NCBI RefSeq assembly: GCF_030684315.1
Contig: NC_081378.1
Span: 16,484,575-16,548,574 of the forward strand
Length of the DNA: 64,000 nucleotides
Direction of reading: 5' to 3'
Source: Stegostoma tigrinum
Lineage: Eukaryota
Positions 1 through 14,319 of this stretch are shown here, in pieces. The position numbers and the translations under genes are program-made. Position 1 is the stretch's first letter; every line of letters begins with the position of its first letter. The notes below the pieces were generated by a model that was not told the DNA's origin, searched no databases, and worked only from the letters and a program-made list of their open reading frames with translations.

Positions 1-1623
1 TTCTTCGTGACATTCTGTTGTTAGAACACACATTTGCTGTAAACACTAAAGTTTAACACGGTGACATGCAGCCAAACCTCCCAGATAGCACTGCTGGGCT
101 TTTCTGAACAAAATGGTCTGGCATATTACTAATTTTGCTAAGTAGCCAACTTGAGCAGCCAACCCTCAACTTGATCTGGATTCATTTGAATTATTAATGA
201 AAAAAAAAGAGGGGGCAGGGCAGAGAACGTGACTGATGAAAACTGTCTAGAAACAAGTCACTTCATCTAGTTGCCATGGTGACAAGGGTTCAGCTCAATA
301 AAACACACACTCATACAGAAGACAAACTTTACAGGATGCAGTCTCAGACTTCAAGTCAGACAGATTCAGGGAAAGTGACCAACCAAAAAAAGTCAACCAA
401 AGTGCTGCTGTGGACAGATTCCTGATTCAAAGAATCAAGGTATGTGGAGAATTAAAGTCCAACACATCCAAAAAGATGTTTTGCTTTGGGTGCTCAGTAA
501 ATTGGGTGAAATAGAGACCATTTGAAAAAAAAAGGGATGCAAGAGATTCATTAATACCATTAAAGCCTGAAGGGAGATCAGGATTTCAGACATAAGACAA
601 TGCACTCACTGGAATGGTTTTTTAAAGTTTCATTTGAGAGATGTGGGTGTCACTGGCTGGCCAGCACATGTTGCTTGTTCCTGGTGCCCTTGAGAAGGTG
701 TTTGTGAGCTGCTGTCTTGAACCATTGCAGTCCCCCTGCTTTGGGTTGACCCAAAATGCCATTTAGGATGGGAATTCCAGGATTTTGACCCACCACTGCA
801 AAGGAACTGCAATACATTTCCAAGTCATGTTGGGGAGTGGCTTGGAGGGGAACTTGGTGTTCTCGTGTATCCACTGCCATATTCTTCTAGTCATGGATTT
901 GGGAGGAGCTGTTGGAGGATCTTTGGCGAATTTCTGCAGTACATCTTGTTGATAGTTGCAGTAACATTTAATGAGTGTTGGGGAGAGCAGGAGTGGATGC
1001 AGTGCCAATCAAACCAGCTTGCTTTGTCCTGAATGGTGTCGAGCATCTTGAGTATTGTTGGAGCTGCACTCATCCTGGCAAGCGACAAGTGTTCCAACAC
1101 ACTCCTGATGTGTCTTGTTGGGTAACAGACAGGCTTTGGGGAATAAAGAGGTGAGTCACTCACTGCAGTATTCCGAGTCTCTGACCCGCTCTTGTAGCTA
1201 ATGTTTGTGTAGCATACCCAGTGAGTTTCCTTCAGCAATAGATAATGGTCAACTTTGAGCAAGCTGGACAACCAGAGTCAACCTTTCACAGGTAGGAGCA
1301 CCCACAGTAGGCTGCTTCAGTCTGTCCTTGATACATCCCTGGCACAGGCAGACTGGCTGCACGGAGAGAGGCTGGTGTAGCCAGGCACTTGGGTAATTAA
1401 AAATAACGAGCTGGTTGACAGTGGAGAGAGATACATTTTCCATAAAGTTTTTTAGCCTGTGGTAGGAGAGTTTGAAGTTTTTTTTTTAAAAAATGTATTC
1501 GTTCTTGAAATGGGAGCATTGCTGGCTGGGCCCAGTGCTTCTTGCCCATCCCCAGTTACCCCTTGAGAAGGTGGTGATGATCTGCTTCTTGAACCGATGC
1601 AGTCCTTGTGCTGTAGACGTGCT

Positions 1624-1930
1624 GGGGAGCACGGTGGCTCAGTGGTTAGTACTGCTGCCTCACAGCACCAGGAGCCGGGGCTCAATTCCACCCTCAGGCG
1701 ACTGTGTGTGGGGTTTGCACATTCTCCCCATGTCTGCATGGGTTTCCTCCGGGTGCTCCAGTCCAAAGATGCTCAGGCTAGGTGGATTGGTCATGCTAAA
1801 TTGCCTGTAGTTTTCAGGGATGTGTAGATTAGGTGGGTTAGAGAGGGATGGGTCTGGGCAGGATGCTCTGAGGGTCAGTGTGGACTTGTTGGGCTGAAGG
1901 GCCTGTTTCCACACTGTAGGGATTCTAATT
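1624..1930 (+). mobile_element. HE1-type tRNA-derived V-SINE
   Basis: A box GTGGCTCAGTGG, V-domain tttgcacattctcccc...gggtttcctccgggtgctcc, tail gggcctgtttccacactgtagggattct. Confidence 0.85.
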
Positions 1931-4900
1931 CTTAAAGAAAGGGGGAGTGGTTGGATTGTCTCTTATTGGTGATAATCAGAGTCTGGCATTTGTGTGGCGT
2001 GAATTTTACTTTATACTTGCCAGCCTAAACCAGGTCTTGTTGCATTTGAACATGGACTGTTTTGGCATCTGAGAAATCATGAATGGTGCCGAACATCATG
2101 CAAACATCCCTACTTCCACATTTACGATGGAGTGAAGATCATTGATGAAGCAGCTGAAGATGGTTGGGCCAAGGACACTACCCAGAGAAACTTCTACAGA
2201 GATGTCCTGGAACTAAGATCACTGACCAACAATCATGACCATTTCCTACGTGCCAGCATGGCCCCAACCAGGACAAAGAGTTGCCCCCAATTCCTACTGA
2301 TTCCAGTTTTTCAGTTTAGCTCCTTTACACTTGACGATCTGCTTCTTGAACCGATGCAGTCCTTGTGCTGTAGATGTGCTGGGGAGCACGGTGGCTCAGT
2401 GGTTAGTACTGCTGCCTCACAACACCAGGAGCCTGGGCTCAATTCCACCCTCAGGCAACCGTCTGTGTGGGGTTTGCACATTCTCCCCATGTCTGCGTGG
2501 GTTTCCTCCGGGTGCTCCAGTCCAAAGATGCTCAGGTTAGGTGAATTGATGTCACACTTGAAGTCAAAGGCTGTCACTCTCACTTCACCTCAAAATGGAA
2601 TGTATAAAATGTGACATGGGTTTGATTAAGTTAGTCAGAAATGTGTGATTGTATAATTTAAGGTACGATGTTTACCTGATGCATTTAAGCAATTATCTTA
2701 TAATGGGAATTTATAAAATCAGGAAAGTCCTGTGTTGGGTAACAGAAGAAACATTTTCTTAAACGTTGCCATGAGTCAATGAGGCTGGTTTTGCAGGGGG
2801 TGGGGGCTTAAAGCAGGTGAAAAGACCCGAAGGGGCAGAGGTTTGGGAGGAAATTCCAGATATGAGGGGGCCAGGCAAAAAAGGCCTGCTCACCAACTAT
2901 GGGGCTCAGGAAGTGGGGTAAGAGGACAGACATACCAAATCAGCACTCAAATGCTAATGAGGTCAATGCCAAGGTACAGGGAACAGAAATATTGGATCCG
3001 ATTAAAACAATTCTAATGCGACTATAAAGACTAGATACTGGGGAGTCCCCTGGCGAAGGAGTCAGTGTCAGGGAGAACCATTCCAGGACTGCTTCACTCA
3101 GTGAGCCAGCGGCATTCACTTCGGCATCAAGTCGTATGGAGAGAAAGCAGGAATATTTGAGGTAGAGGATCAACCATGATCATAAATAGATGGAGAAGGC
3201 CAAGGGCTGAATGGCTTACTGCTCACTGACTGCGTGGTTGGGGATAAGGAACTAATCTTCCTGTTAATGCAATTAATAAATGTTGTATTGCCTATGCATT
3301 GCAGAAGTCTGCAGCAGTATTCTGCATAATCAATTCCCAAATTAGAGACTCAGAGGGGTGAACAAACACTTTAAAATTGAGTTAAGTTTTGTTAGGCATT
3401 TTCAACTTGTTTGGTGACTGGAAGCCTGGCTGTAAAAAGTTTAATTGGATATTTAGGTGGTTTTCAGAGCTGAATGATTCTTGGCACTCCTCTAACCCCT
3501 GTAAAATAGTATTCTTTCCTGATACCAACAGGCAAGAGACAGCTGAGCATACTGGTTGCAGTGGACCTTAACTACATCCTAGCTGTAGAACTGAAACCTA
3601 GTGTCACTACTAATTCCAGATGTCAAAACAGACACCTGAATTCAGAGGTGGAATAATATCACCAGCAGTTAGTGCAGCATCATGGAGCCTAGTAGAACTG
3701 CAGTCATTGAAGATCAGAGGGAAATGCTCTGCTCGTTTGAATCATGCTTCACGCAAGAGGAATTATGTCATGGTTATTGGAAGACAGGGCATCTCATTCT
3801 CAAGACACCATTGCAGAGTTACTCACTGTAGTGTCCTTGGCTTAATCATCTTCAGCTGCTTTAAAGCCTTTCCTTCCATCATAAAAGAGGTCAGAAGTCA
3901 GAATGCTTGTAGCATACAGTTTTAAACTGCAACTCCTCAGGTAATGATGCAATCCTTTGCCCAAATGCTTCAAAAGACCAGAACATCTAGGCTTAGGGAT
4001 TACAATTAACCAGAAATTCAACTAGTGCAGCCACAGAAGTACTGAGTCCACAAGTGGGTCACAGTGGAAATTCTGCAGCAATTCACCCCAAGATCCCCAA
4101 GCTAGTTTCAAATCATGCTAGAAGAAAACTCCCCACTTGCACAGTCAAATGCAGCTTCAAGTGAAAGTCAACACCATCCAGGAGGAAGTAACCTGCTTCA
4201 GCTGTCAGTTAATAACAAACATTCAATTCCTCTACCATTAAACATACATTGGATTGTGTGGGGCAGCTCAGCAACTGTCAAGGTTCCTTCAACAACACCT
4301 TCCAAATCTGCAAATTCCAATCCCTAGAGAGACAAGTAAAGCAGATACAGGGGAACACAACCTCCCCATACTACAGTCAAGCCGATATAGGGCTATTGTA
4401 TTGTCCCTTCACTGTAGCTGGGTCAATATTCTAGAAATCCCTACCCCAAATGTAAGTTAAGGCAGTGTAGATGCTCTCAACTGATGATTATTAACTTCCA
4501 CAGAAAGTACCTGAAAGTTGCTAAATTGTTTTTCAATATCATCAGTACAAAGTACAGGGACAATCAGTACCCAAAAGGCACAACACTTGCTGTCCAAAAC
4601 CTGTATACGCTCATTCCTCCATATCCACAAGGGTTCTGTTCCCAAGAGCTCCCTTGAATTATAAAACTTGCCACAGAGTTTAAAAAAAGTAGGTTAAAAA
4701 GGTTAAAAATCAGACATTCGAGTTGTGCCCACAGATGTTGAATTTTGTTTTTGCTTTTTTTTTAAAAAAAGCATAGATAGTAGAGTTCATGATTTGTGAT
4801 TTTGCTGATTCAGAGGATTTACTACAGTTTCAACATCTAGGGTCAAACAATTCAAGGTGCTCTTTAATGAATTTGCCTTTGGGGGAGAACCAGTTTTATA

Positions 4901-7256
4901 GTGATGCCAGTTTCCAAACTTACAGCCAGCCAATTTTGTGTACAACATATCAGTTTACTGCATCTCACAAAAAAAATGCTAGTGTCCACCAACAGCAAAC
5001 CTGTTCCATATCACCAACTCAACAAAATCGTAATACAGATCATTTCAGGCTGTTCACTTTAAGGGGATGAAATAAAACAAAAAGGAATAGTGACTTAAGC
5101 AAGTTGAGTTTTCAGAGTATCAATAGTAATTAAAGTAACATCTGTCCTCTAGCACTAGGGAAAAATCTGCAAAGGAAGGAAGAGACGTGAAACATCCTCA
5201 GCAGTTTAATCTTCATCTGGGAGTTCGACACACACTCACTTATTAACACGATTCTTGTTCATTTACATAATCAACTGCATAACATTTCCCAACGGGATCT
5301 TGTGGAGTCATGGCAGTGTCCCTACCTCTGGGCCAGGGTGTCAAAGCATGTCCACAGATTGATTAAATATTACAGCATCTCAGTCGGCAATCACCAACAA
5401 TCCACTGCAAGCTCTTGATTTTCCACCACCCAACTGCAGTTTAGGTGTTTTTAAAAAAGGACAAAAAAAACCAAAAGTGGGTGCCATTGAATTTATTCAT
5501 TCCCCTGGTTACTGAAATTCAGGGTTTTGAAAAGACTAAAAAAAAAATTAAGTTTATACCAACTGACATTTAAAACAAGTTTAGCTGAAGGATCAACTTC
5601 AAATTGTGGTTAATGTATTTCCCTTAGTCAAGGATTTCAAAACAGTTGGAATGTCATGTGATAGTGACTAATCCCTTCAGCTGTCTCATATTTGCCTTCC
5701 CAGCTCAGTCTCTGTTGCTGCAGAAACACCAAATGTCATTCCTTTCTCAAGGACTATTCCAATTGATAAGGCTGCCAGTAGCTAATACAAACCATGCTAG
5801 GGTTTTTAAACAGCAAGTATGACAAAACTGCATACATGCAGAGGTTGTTAGCAAAGAAACAATGGAGGCCAGTCACCGAAAAAAAATTCCTAGTCCACAT
5901 GGTGAAGAGTGCACTCTCAGAATATCTTACTATTCTTAGTAGTTTAATGAAGGGAGGTTGCTCAGTCACTTCAAAGGCAGTTACAATGCAAATTTTAATT
6001 TTTTAAAATTTAATTTATGCAAACAAAGTGAGAATTACACAATGCACCAACTGGATAAAGGTAGCAGTTTTCTTCAAAAAGAATAGTAAATCAAATAGGT
6101 TATTGCTGTAATCACCTTCCAAACATCTATTAATGTTCTCAATTCATCCAATATTCAAATTTAATCTATATTCGCAGTTCCAGCCTCAACTGGTAACCCT
6201 GTAGATCAGTTCCATTTCCTCAATTGTGTAACAGTTAAAGATCAGCTCTTCTTCCATAGTCAAGACACCAACCATAGGCCACGTGGTTCAGTATTCGCTC
6301 CTTCAACCAGCTCAGCCAAAAGGATCTAGCAGGTCACTAATATGTTCAGAAGGTAGTGCAGCAACTTTTGCTTAGTCTTTGGGCCCAGTGTCTTCTCCCT
6401 AGGAAGGCATAAAATAGACATTCCTACTTCAGCACTTTTTTTGGAAGAAAAGAGATAAAGACCTTTTTTCACTCGAGGGAAGAATCCTAGTAGAGAATTC
6501 AAGACAAGGGACTGTAAGTGGCAAGAAGGTACTGGAGGTTTCAGTGAATTAAAGAGTGAATGTATTCACTGTCCAGATGATTTATATCCCGGGGAGGGGG
6601 AGAAGAGAGGAGGAAAAATTACAGGAGCCCCAACTCACATTTTTAAACAAACTATGGTCACAGGGGAGATGACTGAGGACTGGAGGACAGCTAGTGTAGT
6701 TCTACTTTCCAAGACAGTAGTAGAGATAAATCAGAACTACAGACCAGTGAGTCTAGCAGTGATAGGGAAGCTATTGGAGAAAATTAATCTATTAGACAGG
6801 CTAGGTTTGATCAGGGAGAGTCAGCATGGTTTGTCAGAAGGAGCTCATGCCTAACAAAACAGCGAGAAAATTCATAAAGCAGAAGTACAAGGGGCTCTGG
6901 GAGCATTGGTCCAGAATTCTCTAAAAGTTAACTTGCAGGCAGAGTCTGTGATTAAGAAAACGAATGTAATGTTGTCATTTATCTCAAGAGGGTTGGAATA
7001 TAAAAGCAGTGATGTGCTTCTGAGACTTTATAAGGCTCTAGTTAAGCCTCATTTAGAGTACTGTCCAATTTTGGGCCCCACACTTCAGGAAGGACATACT
7101 GGCCCTGGAGCGTGTCCGGCGGAGATTCACATGGATGATCACTGGAACGGTAGGTTTAATGTAGGATGAACGGCTAAGGATCCTGGGATTGCATTCATTG
7201 GAGTTTAGAAGGTTGAGGGGAGATCTAATAGAAACTTACAAGATAATGTATGACTT

Positions 7257-7609
7257 GGATGCGAGTTTGCTCGCTGAGCTAGAAGGTTAGTTTTCAGACG
7301 TTTTGTCACCATTCTAGGTAACATCAGTGAGCCTCCGACGAAGCGCTGGTGTTATGTCCCGCTTTCTATTTATCTGGTTAGGTTTCCTTGGGTTGGTGAT
7401 GTCATTTCCTGTTCTTAAATGACATCACCAACCCAAGGAAACCTAACCAGATAAATAGAAAGCGGGACATAACACCAGCGCTTTGTTGGAGGCTCACTGA
7501 TGATGTTACCTAGAATGGTGACGAAACGTCTGAAAACTAACCTTCCAGCTCAGCGAGCAAACTCACATCCAGAACCTCAACCTGAGCTACAAATCTTCTC
7601 AAAACTCGC
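7257..7609. mobile_element. Fold-back pLTR element of a second PLE family
   Basis: Arms 7257-7407 and 7417-7570, 9-nt spacer, 39-nt unpaired tail, hammerhead motif; TSD TAATGTATGACTT at 7244-7256 and 7610-7622. Confidence 0.85.
7494..7533 (+). ncRNA. Minimal type I hammerhead ribozyme
   Basis: UCA-CUGAUGA-U-GUUACC(UAGAAU)GGUGAC-GAAAC-GUC-UGA. Confidence 0.8.
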
Positions 7610-10559
7610 TAATGTATGACTTAAAAGGGGTGGACACTGGGAAGTTGTTTCCATTAGACGGGGAGATTAGGACCCATGGGCACAGCCTTAAAATTCGAGG
7701 GGGTAAATTTAAAAGAGAAATGAGGAGACATTTCTTCAGCCAGAGAGTGGTGGGCCTGTGGAATTCATTGCCACGGAGTGCAGTGGAAGCTGAGACATTA
7801 GATGCCTTCAAGGCAGAGATCGATAAATTCTTCATTTCACAAGGAATCAAGGGCCATGGGGAAGAGTACAGGGAAGTGGAGTTGAAATGCCCATCAGCCA
7901 TGATTTAAATGTCGGAGTGGACTCAATGGGCCGAATGGCCTTACTTCCACTCCTATATCTTATGGTCTTAAATCTGGTTGAATTTTTAAGGAGGTGACCA
8001 TGGGTGCTGTTGAGGGTACTGCAGCTGACATAGTATGGATTTTAGCAAAGCCTTTTACAAGGTCCCAAATGGGAAACAAAAAAAAAAGTGTAAGCTCTTG
8101 GGATCCAGGGTCATTTGGCAACATGGATCCAAGATTAGCTTAGCCACAGGAGACAGAGGCTAGTACTAGGCTGTGTGTTACTGGTGCCCTGTGTACAGTG
8201 GAGTACCATAGAAATCAGTGCTGGGACGCCTCACAGCTTCTTAAAATAAAAAAAAGCACTTGGGCCAGATATGGACCGAATGCATAGAAATGTAACTTGT
8301 GTAAGTAGCATACGTTTGGCAATGTAAACAAAGGACATCTTCTGTACAGTGCAGTTCTATTACTAAGACATGGAATAACTCTGGGCAGCAACAGGCTTAA
8401 ACACAGACATGCTGCTTTTACTGTGTGACAAAAGTATTAGGAGAGATTTGGTCCTCACAGCATACTGCTGGTGGAGGCCTTGGAAATTTCTCTCCTCCTT
8501 TAGTTACCATTTCCTCTCCCATGAAAGCTGCATAAACAGATTTCTCTTTACTCCTCACAAACTCAGTGCTTTTGTCATTCTTAACAGAATCCTAAAATTA
8601 CGTGGCTCACACGAATATAAAACCTCCATTAAAATCCTATCCGCAGGATTCAGGAATAAGGATGACGTGACTGTAGCTCACTAGTTCATGAACAGAGAAG
8701 TATTTTACAGATACCCAGCTGCTGACTCAAAAGTTCTCTAACACCAACACAAGTGAAATGTTGGCCATAATGATCAGCAACAAAGCTCAGTTGTTAGTGT
8801 TCTTGCCTCAGTCAGAACTGAACTCAAATCTGTCTCCAGGCACTCTAGCACAAAATTCAGTCTGACATTCCCATGTCGCACTGTCAGAAGTACCATCTTT
8901 CTAGACGGCAATAAAATTGAACAAATTGAGTTAGCCCTCATGCCAGTCCAACACTGATCCTCAATAATCAGTGTAGATTCTGATTATTATAACACTGTAG
9001 GTTGGAGCTTGTTATGCATGCAAACTGGTTCCCATGTTTCCTACAGTGTAACTATGGCAACATTTCAAAAGAACAGCATTAACTGTGAAGTACATGGGAC
9101 AGAGATTGCAAGAGGGTGCCATTCAAAAGCAAGGTTATTGTATTAAGATTCCCTAGCTGTTCACCTGTGAACGTGTTATTGGAAAATAAGAAAAAAATCC
9201 ATATCTCAAATCACTGTTTCCCTTCAGGAAGGCAGTCCCACTTTCCAAATGAGGCCACCAAGTCCTCCCAGAGGAGAGTTTCCATTCAAATTTGAAAATG
9301 CTGTTGCATAATCAAATACGATGTGAAATGCAGAATCAACTCCCAATAAATCTGATTAAAAATGAGTGCAAATAATTTGGGAGTATGGAATTATCACAAA
9401 AATATCAATTTGAAAGAATTTTGAATTAAAAGTGTATATTTGTTGTGTGTTGCGCAAGGCGTATTTACCTTCAAAGTTTTGTCAAGTATCATTTACAATA
9501 TTCAGAAATAAAATAAAGAAATTGGCCTAAAAAAAAATCTAACAACCCTCCTCAGTGAGCCAGTTCCATCTAAATCAAAGTCAGGAACAGAATTTGCAAT
9601 TTCAGACATTCCAACTTTCCCCACACCACACGCACTCCTGTACAAGACAGAAGAAAACTTGAACTATTTTACCAGAATTAGTGGTGCTCCACACAAATCA
9701 TTTACTTTTCTTCCTATCACTGAAGGAGTTATCCCACTTTCAGGACTCCTCCTTTCTTATTCCACAGGCTTGTGAAAATCTGTCTGCAAGTCATTTATCT
9801 AAAATAGAATCTCTGTCTTTGCTTTTCATTTGATATATTAGGTCCTCAAACTCTACCACCCAAATTACTGAGTTTCTGAAACCCTTTCACTATGCCATAG
9901 ACATGTTCTTTGATTAATTTTGTCTTAAATATATACTTCCTCATACAAATTTTAGTTTCAAATCAGGTACTTATTAGGCAGTTCATTATAATCGTTATGG
10001 TTACAGACAGGCTGAATGGTTTCCTGTGTTTAGTTCTCATTCTAAAATTTACCTACGCTATTTTATGTTGATCAAAAAAGATTTCAATAAGCACAAAAGA
10101 TTATATTTAAAGGCAAATACCTCTCTAAAACTACAAACATCTCACTGCTTGTTCCCATTCACAAAAACAATTTATAAGCAAAAGTGTCACCTCCAAGTTG
10201 CATGATCTAATCAAAGTTTATTCAGAAGCAGCAACACTGTCCCTTTATTTCCAAGATAAGCAAACTACCAACTGAACCTTTCCTTCCACAAAACATCTTT
10301 AATGAAGCACTGCACAAAGCTAACGAAAAAAGGTCAGGCGACTGAAACCCCAATGAAGAAGTCAGCTGAGGAACAAAAGGAACCGAGACAATGGTGGTAC
10401 AGGGGCTTAAAGGGACGGGGTTCCAGCACTCCAGATCCAGGCAACTGAAGGCCTGGTAACGAAGAGGGGTGAAGGCACTAAGAGATACACAAGAGGCCAA
10501 TTAGCACTGATAGGAGGCTGCAGTCAGAGACCCAAGGCAAAGTAGGCATTTGAATATAT

Positions 10560-10880
10560 CAGAATCCAGACAGTGTGGAAACAGGCCATTCAGCCCAACA
10601 AGTCCACACCAACCCTCTGAAGAGCATCCCACCCAGACCCCTCATTTTCCATGTCTAACCCACTTAAACAAACATCCCTAGGCACTATGGGCAGTTTACA
10701 GTGGCCAATCCACCTACCCTGTACATCTCTGGACTATGGAAGCAAACCACAGCATCTGGAGGAAACCCACGCAGACACAGGGAAAACGTGCAAACTCCAC
10801 ACAGACAGTCGCCCGAGAGTGGAATTGAACCCAGGTCTCTGGTGCTGTGAAGCAGCAGTACTAACCACTGAGCCACCACG
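10560..10880 (-). mobile_element. HE1-type V-SINE; further copies at 11340-11655 (-), 12697-13030 (+), 16896-17205 (-), 40660-40860 (-)
   Basis: Reverse complement of the 1624-1930 element. Confidence 0.85.
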
Positions 10881-11719
10881 CAACCTTTAAAATTTGAAGA
10901 GTTGGTGGACCAAGAACTGATAAAAGGAGTGGAGGCAACTTTCTGCCCTACAAAACATGCAGCCTACAAAGTAGGAATATTAGCTAATATGCAAGGAGGG
11001 TTCAAAGTATAACATTACAGCAGTAAGATTACAGCAGAACAAAGTGTGCATGATTCATTTGTCTTTGCACGGTATCCCATTCACACAATGCAAGTTTAAG
11101 AATTCTACATGCACGGTTGAAACAAGATATATAGCACAAGGCAAAATGCTGGTAGTCCGAGAAACTAGAAACAGCCAAGAATGAGCATTTTGTTTATTAC
11201 AGATTGAATCAAACGGTATAGATCTGCACTGAAAACAACTGAAAATCACCCTGAAACTGCTATGCTTATAAAAAAATTCTATTTCCAAATATTAAATTAA
11301 AGTGAACAAAGCAGTACAGCTCAAATCACAGCATGCCTAGGGTATGTGGAACTTAGCCCATTAAATCCTCAACAACTCTCTAAAGAGCATCCCACCCAGA
11401 CCAACCCCACGCAATCCCTGTAACCCTGCATTCCCAATGACCAATCCACCTAACCTGGACACCTATATGGACTGGCCATGCCAAATTGCTCAACCCGCAG
11501 ATCTGTGGACTATAGGAGAAAACCAGAGCACCTGGAGGAAACCCACACAGATACAAGGAGAATGTGCAAACTCCACATGGTCACCCACGGGTAGAATCGA
11601 ATCTGGGTCCCTAGTGCTGAGACAGCAGTGCTAACCACAGAGCCACCATGCCGCCTCAATAAAAGCAAAACACAATAGATGGGGGTCTGAAATAAAAGCA
11701 ACATGCTAGGTAGTAAACA

Positions 11720-13185
11720 GGTAGGTCATGCTTGACAAGCTTTATTGAACTTTTTTTGAAAAGGTGACATAGGAACGTCTATGGATGTTGTTTATACGGC
11801 CTTCCAGAAGTCATTTGATAATGTCTGACATGTGAGACTCTGGAGGTAGAAACCCACAGAATTGAGGGCAAATTACTGAAAAGGCTGGGAAATTGGCCAA
11901 GCGGCAGGTGACAGGAGGTAGGGATAATGGGTAGGTACTCAAGTAGGCAGGATGTAACTTGGGTATCGCACATGAATCTTTTGTTAGGCCCTGAATTATT
12001 AACAACTTAGATGAAAGTCACATACCAAAAACTTGCTAATGACAAAAGTTAGGTAGCATTGTAGATAGTGAAGACAATAGCATAAAACTAAAATGAAAGG
12101 ATATTGACAGATGAAATGAATGGACTAAAAAGAGTGCAGATCAAGTTCAACGTAATTATGAGATTATTCATTCTGGACTGAAAAAAGATTGATCAAGAAA
12201 CTTTCTAGATATTAAGTTAAATAGTGGATGGCCAAAGAAATTAAGGGGTTCAAGTCCACTTATCTTTAAAATGTCAAAGAGGTGGAGAAAGTGATCAAGA
12301 AAGTCAATGTAATGCTGCCTTTATATCCAGAGACTGGGGTACAAGGATGCAGAAGTTATACAGAATTCTAGTTAGACCCCACTTGGAGTATTATGAACAA
12401 ATATGGACACCCACTCTACGAAGGATACATTAGCCAGGGGGAAGGGACAGTGCAGGCTTACAACAATGATACCTGGATTTCAGGGGTTAAGTTTGAGAAG
12501 CAATGATATAAAATAAGCCTACAAAGTCTTCAAGATATGAAGAGAAGACAACAGGGTAGCTGAAGATGCACTACTTCCACTTGAGGATTTTAGAACAGGG
12601 GGCATAATCTGAAAATTAGGGCCAGATCATTTAGGAAAGATGTTAGAAACAATTCCAAAAACAAAGGTGGTAGCTGTTTGGAACTCTCCCACAAACAGGT
12701 GCAGCACAGCAGCTCAGTGGTTGGAACCATTACTTCATAGGACCAGAGACCCATGTTCTTTCCAGTCTCATGTGATTGTGGAATTTGCACATTCCTCATA
12801 TCTGTATGGGTTCTCTCCCATTGTCCAAAAATGGGTGGATTATGTGGACTGGCCATGCTAAATTCCCACAGTGACTAAGCGGTATGTAGGTTAGGTGAAT
12901 TAGCCATGGGAAATGCAGCGTAACAGGGATGGGGTAGGTGGGGGCAGTGTCTAGGTAGGATGCTGTTCAGAGAGTTGGTGTGGATTTGTTGGGCCTATTT
13001 GCCTGTTGTTTCCACACTCAGGATTTTAATGGAATCAGCAGTGAATGGATGGATCAGCTGTTCAGTTTAAACTGGAGATAGATAAATTTTAGTTAAGCAA
13101 AGTACATTAAGAGATTTAGGCCAATGGTAGATATATGGAGTCAGATCAGCCATAATCTAACTGAATGGCTGAATAGTTTACTCTC
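11720..13185 (+). mobile_element. Decayed CR1 LINE split by an HE1 SINE
   Basis: Degenerate RT-region and 3' UTR similarity to the other CR1 copies. Confidence 0.75.
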
Positions 13186-14188
13186 GTATGCACAGGAAAG
13201 TCAGGTCTGGCAGCACGCCGAAGGTTTAAAAAAAGAGACAATTGATCTTTCAAATCCAATATGGCAAGTTCTTTAGAAATTCAGAACAATCAAACCTACC
13301 AAGCTTTACTAGAGGATATGGCTGAAGTAAAAACAAATCTAAATTTCAGTAGCACCTTTAAAGTAAAACGATTCAAACCTGCTTCATAAAGCTACATGTA
13401 GCATCTCAAATATTAAGTTTTATATAATGAGCTCAGTCACAGTTGTATCAAGAACAAGTATTGAACATAGTTAGTGTAAGGATGCAAACTGACACTGATA
13501 TGATATGATACTAAATTACAATGTGATCTTATTATTGTATTATACAACCAGAAAAACTACTTGACAGACATCCGATTAATTCTACGTGTGCCTTTGCACA
13601 ATTGCCCGAAAAAAACTGAGTAGTTATCCAGTTCCTCTTTGAAAGCCGTTATTTAATCTGTTTCTTTCATCCTTTCAGACAGTTCACCCCACATCACAAC
13701 AACTTTAATCTTGCCCACCCTATTCCTTCTGTCTTTTGAAAATAAAACTGTAACGGTGTCCTTTCGGTTTGCAGATTATTAAAGAACTTCAGTCACAGAA
13801 TTACAGAAACTTCCAGCACAGAAGATGACAATTTCTGCTTGTGCTCGCTCTTTGAAAACAGCAGAACCGCTTGCAACCACATGCCCATTTCTTTTGGCCA
13901 AAAAGCTGCTCACTCTCAAACACCCGAGCAGCTCCCTTTAAAATATTTGTCACGGCACTTTTCCGGGTAAAATTAAAATCTCAGAGGCTCCCAAAGGACT
14001 GAATTAAGAGGTGATAAACTATTTTGAAACAGCTACAGACAAGCCGTTCTGACAGCAGCCTGGGAAGCCGGCAGGTTTCGATGGGGAGGGTGAGGAGCAG
14101 CTGTCAGCGCCCAGACAAAACATAGGCAGCAGCCACCTGAAGGGACCGAGTTAAGCTGGCGACACGATGGTTAAACGCGGCTCCTTAC

Positions 14189-14252
14189 TCAATGCGTCCT
14201 GGGTGCTTCGTCTCCGAAAGACCAGCTCCGGCTCTTGCTCGATCTCCGACAT
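14189..14252 (-). CDS. Putative first coding exon of an unidentified gene (MSEIEQEPELVFRRRSTQDAL)
   Basis: cagccATG Kozak context, GA|GTAAGG donor, CpG-rich non-repeat context, TATAAAA about 90 nt upstream; protein not recognised. Confidence 0.5.
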
Positions 14253-14319
14253 GGCTGGATGGATAACGACCTGCAGCGGGTCCCAAAGAAGAGAAACCGA
14301 CACCAGCACCTGCTGATCA

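Larger units (their letters stand above)
6540..8230 (+). mobile_element. Nested CR1 LINE fragments (older copy split by a younger copy at ~6875-7968)
   Basis: NYRPVSL, LYKALVKPHLEYC, FFSQRVVGLWNSLP, CR1 3' UTR ending tcttatggtctt; older copy resumes at ~7970. Confidence 0.88.

Noticed and set aside
229-264. CTGATGA...GAAACAAGTC resembling a hammerhead core
   Set aside because: Neither stem II nor stem I can pair, and there is no PLE context.
270-283. RFX X-box-like GTTGCCATGGTGAC
   Set aside because: Isolated motif with no supporting promoter evidence in the window.
1624-1700. tRNA-like A/B boxes here and at other SINE heads
   Set aside because: These are SINE heads continuing into V/Deu domains, with no cloverleaf tRNA gene.
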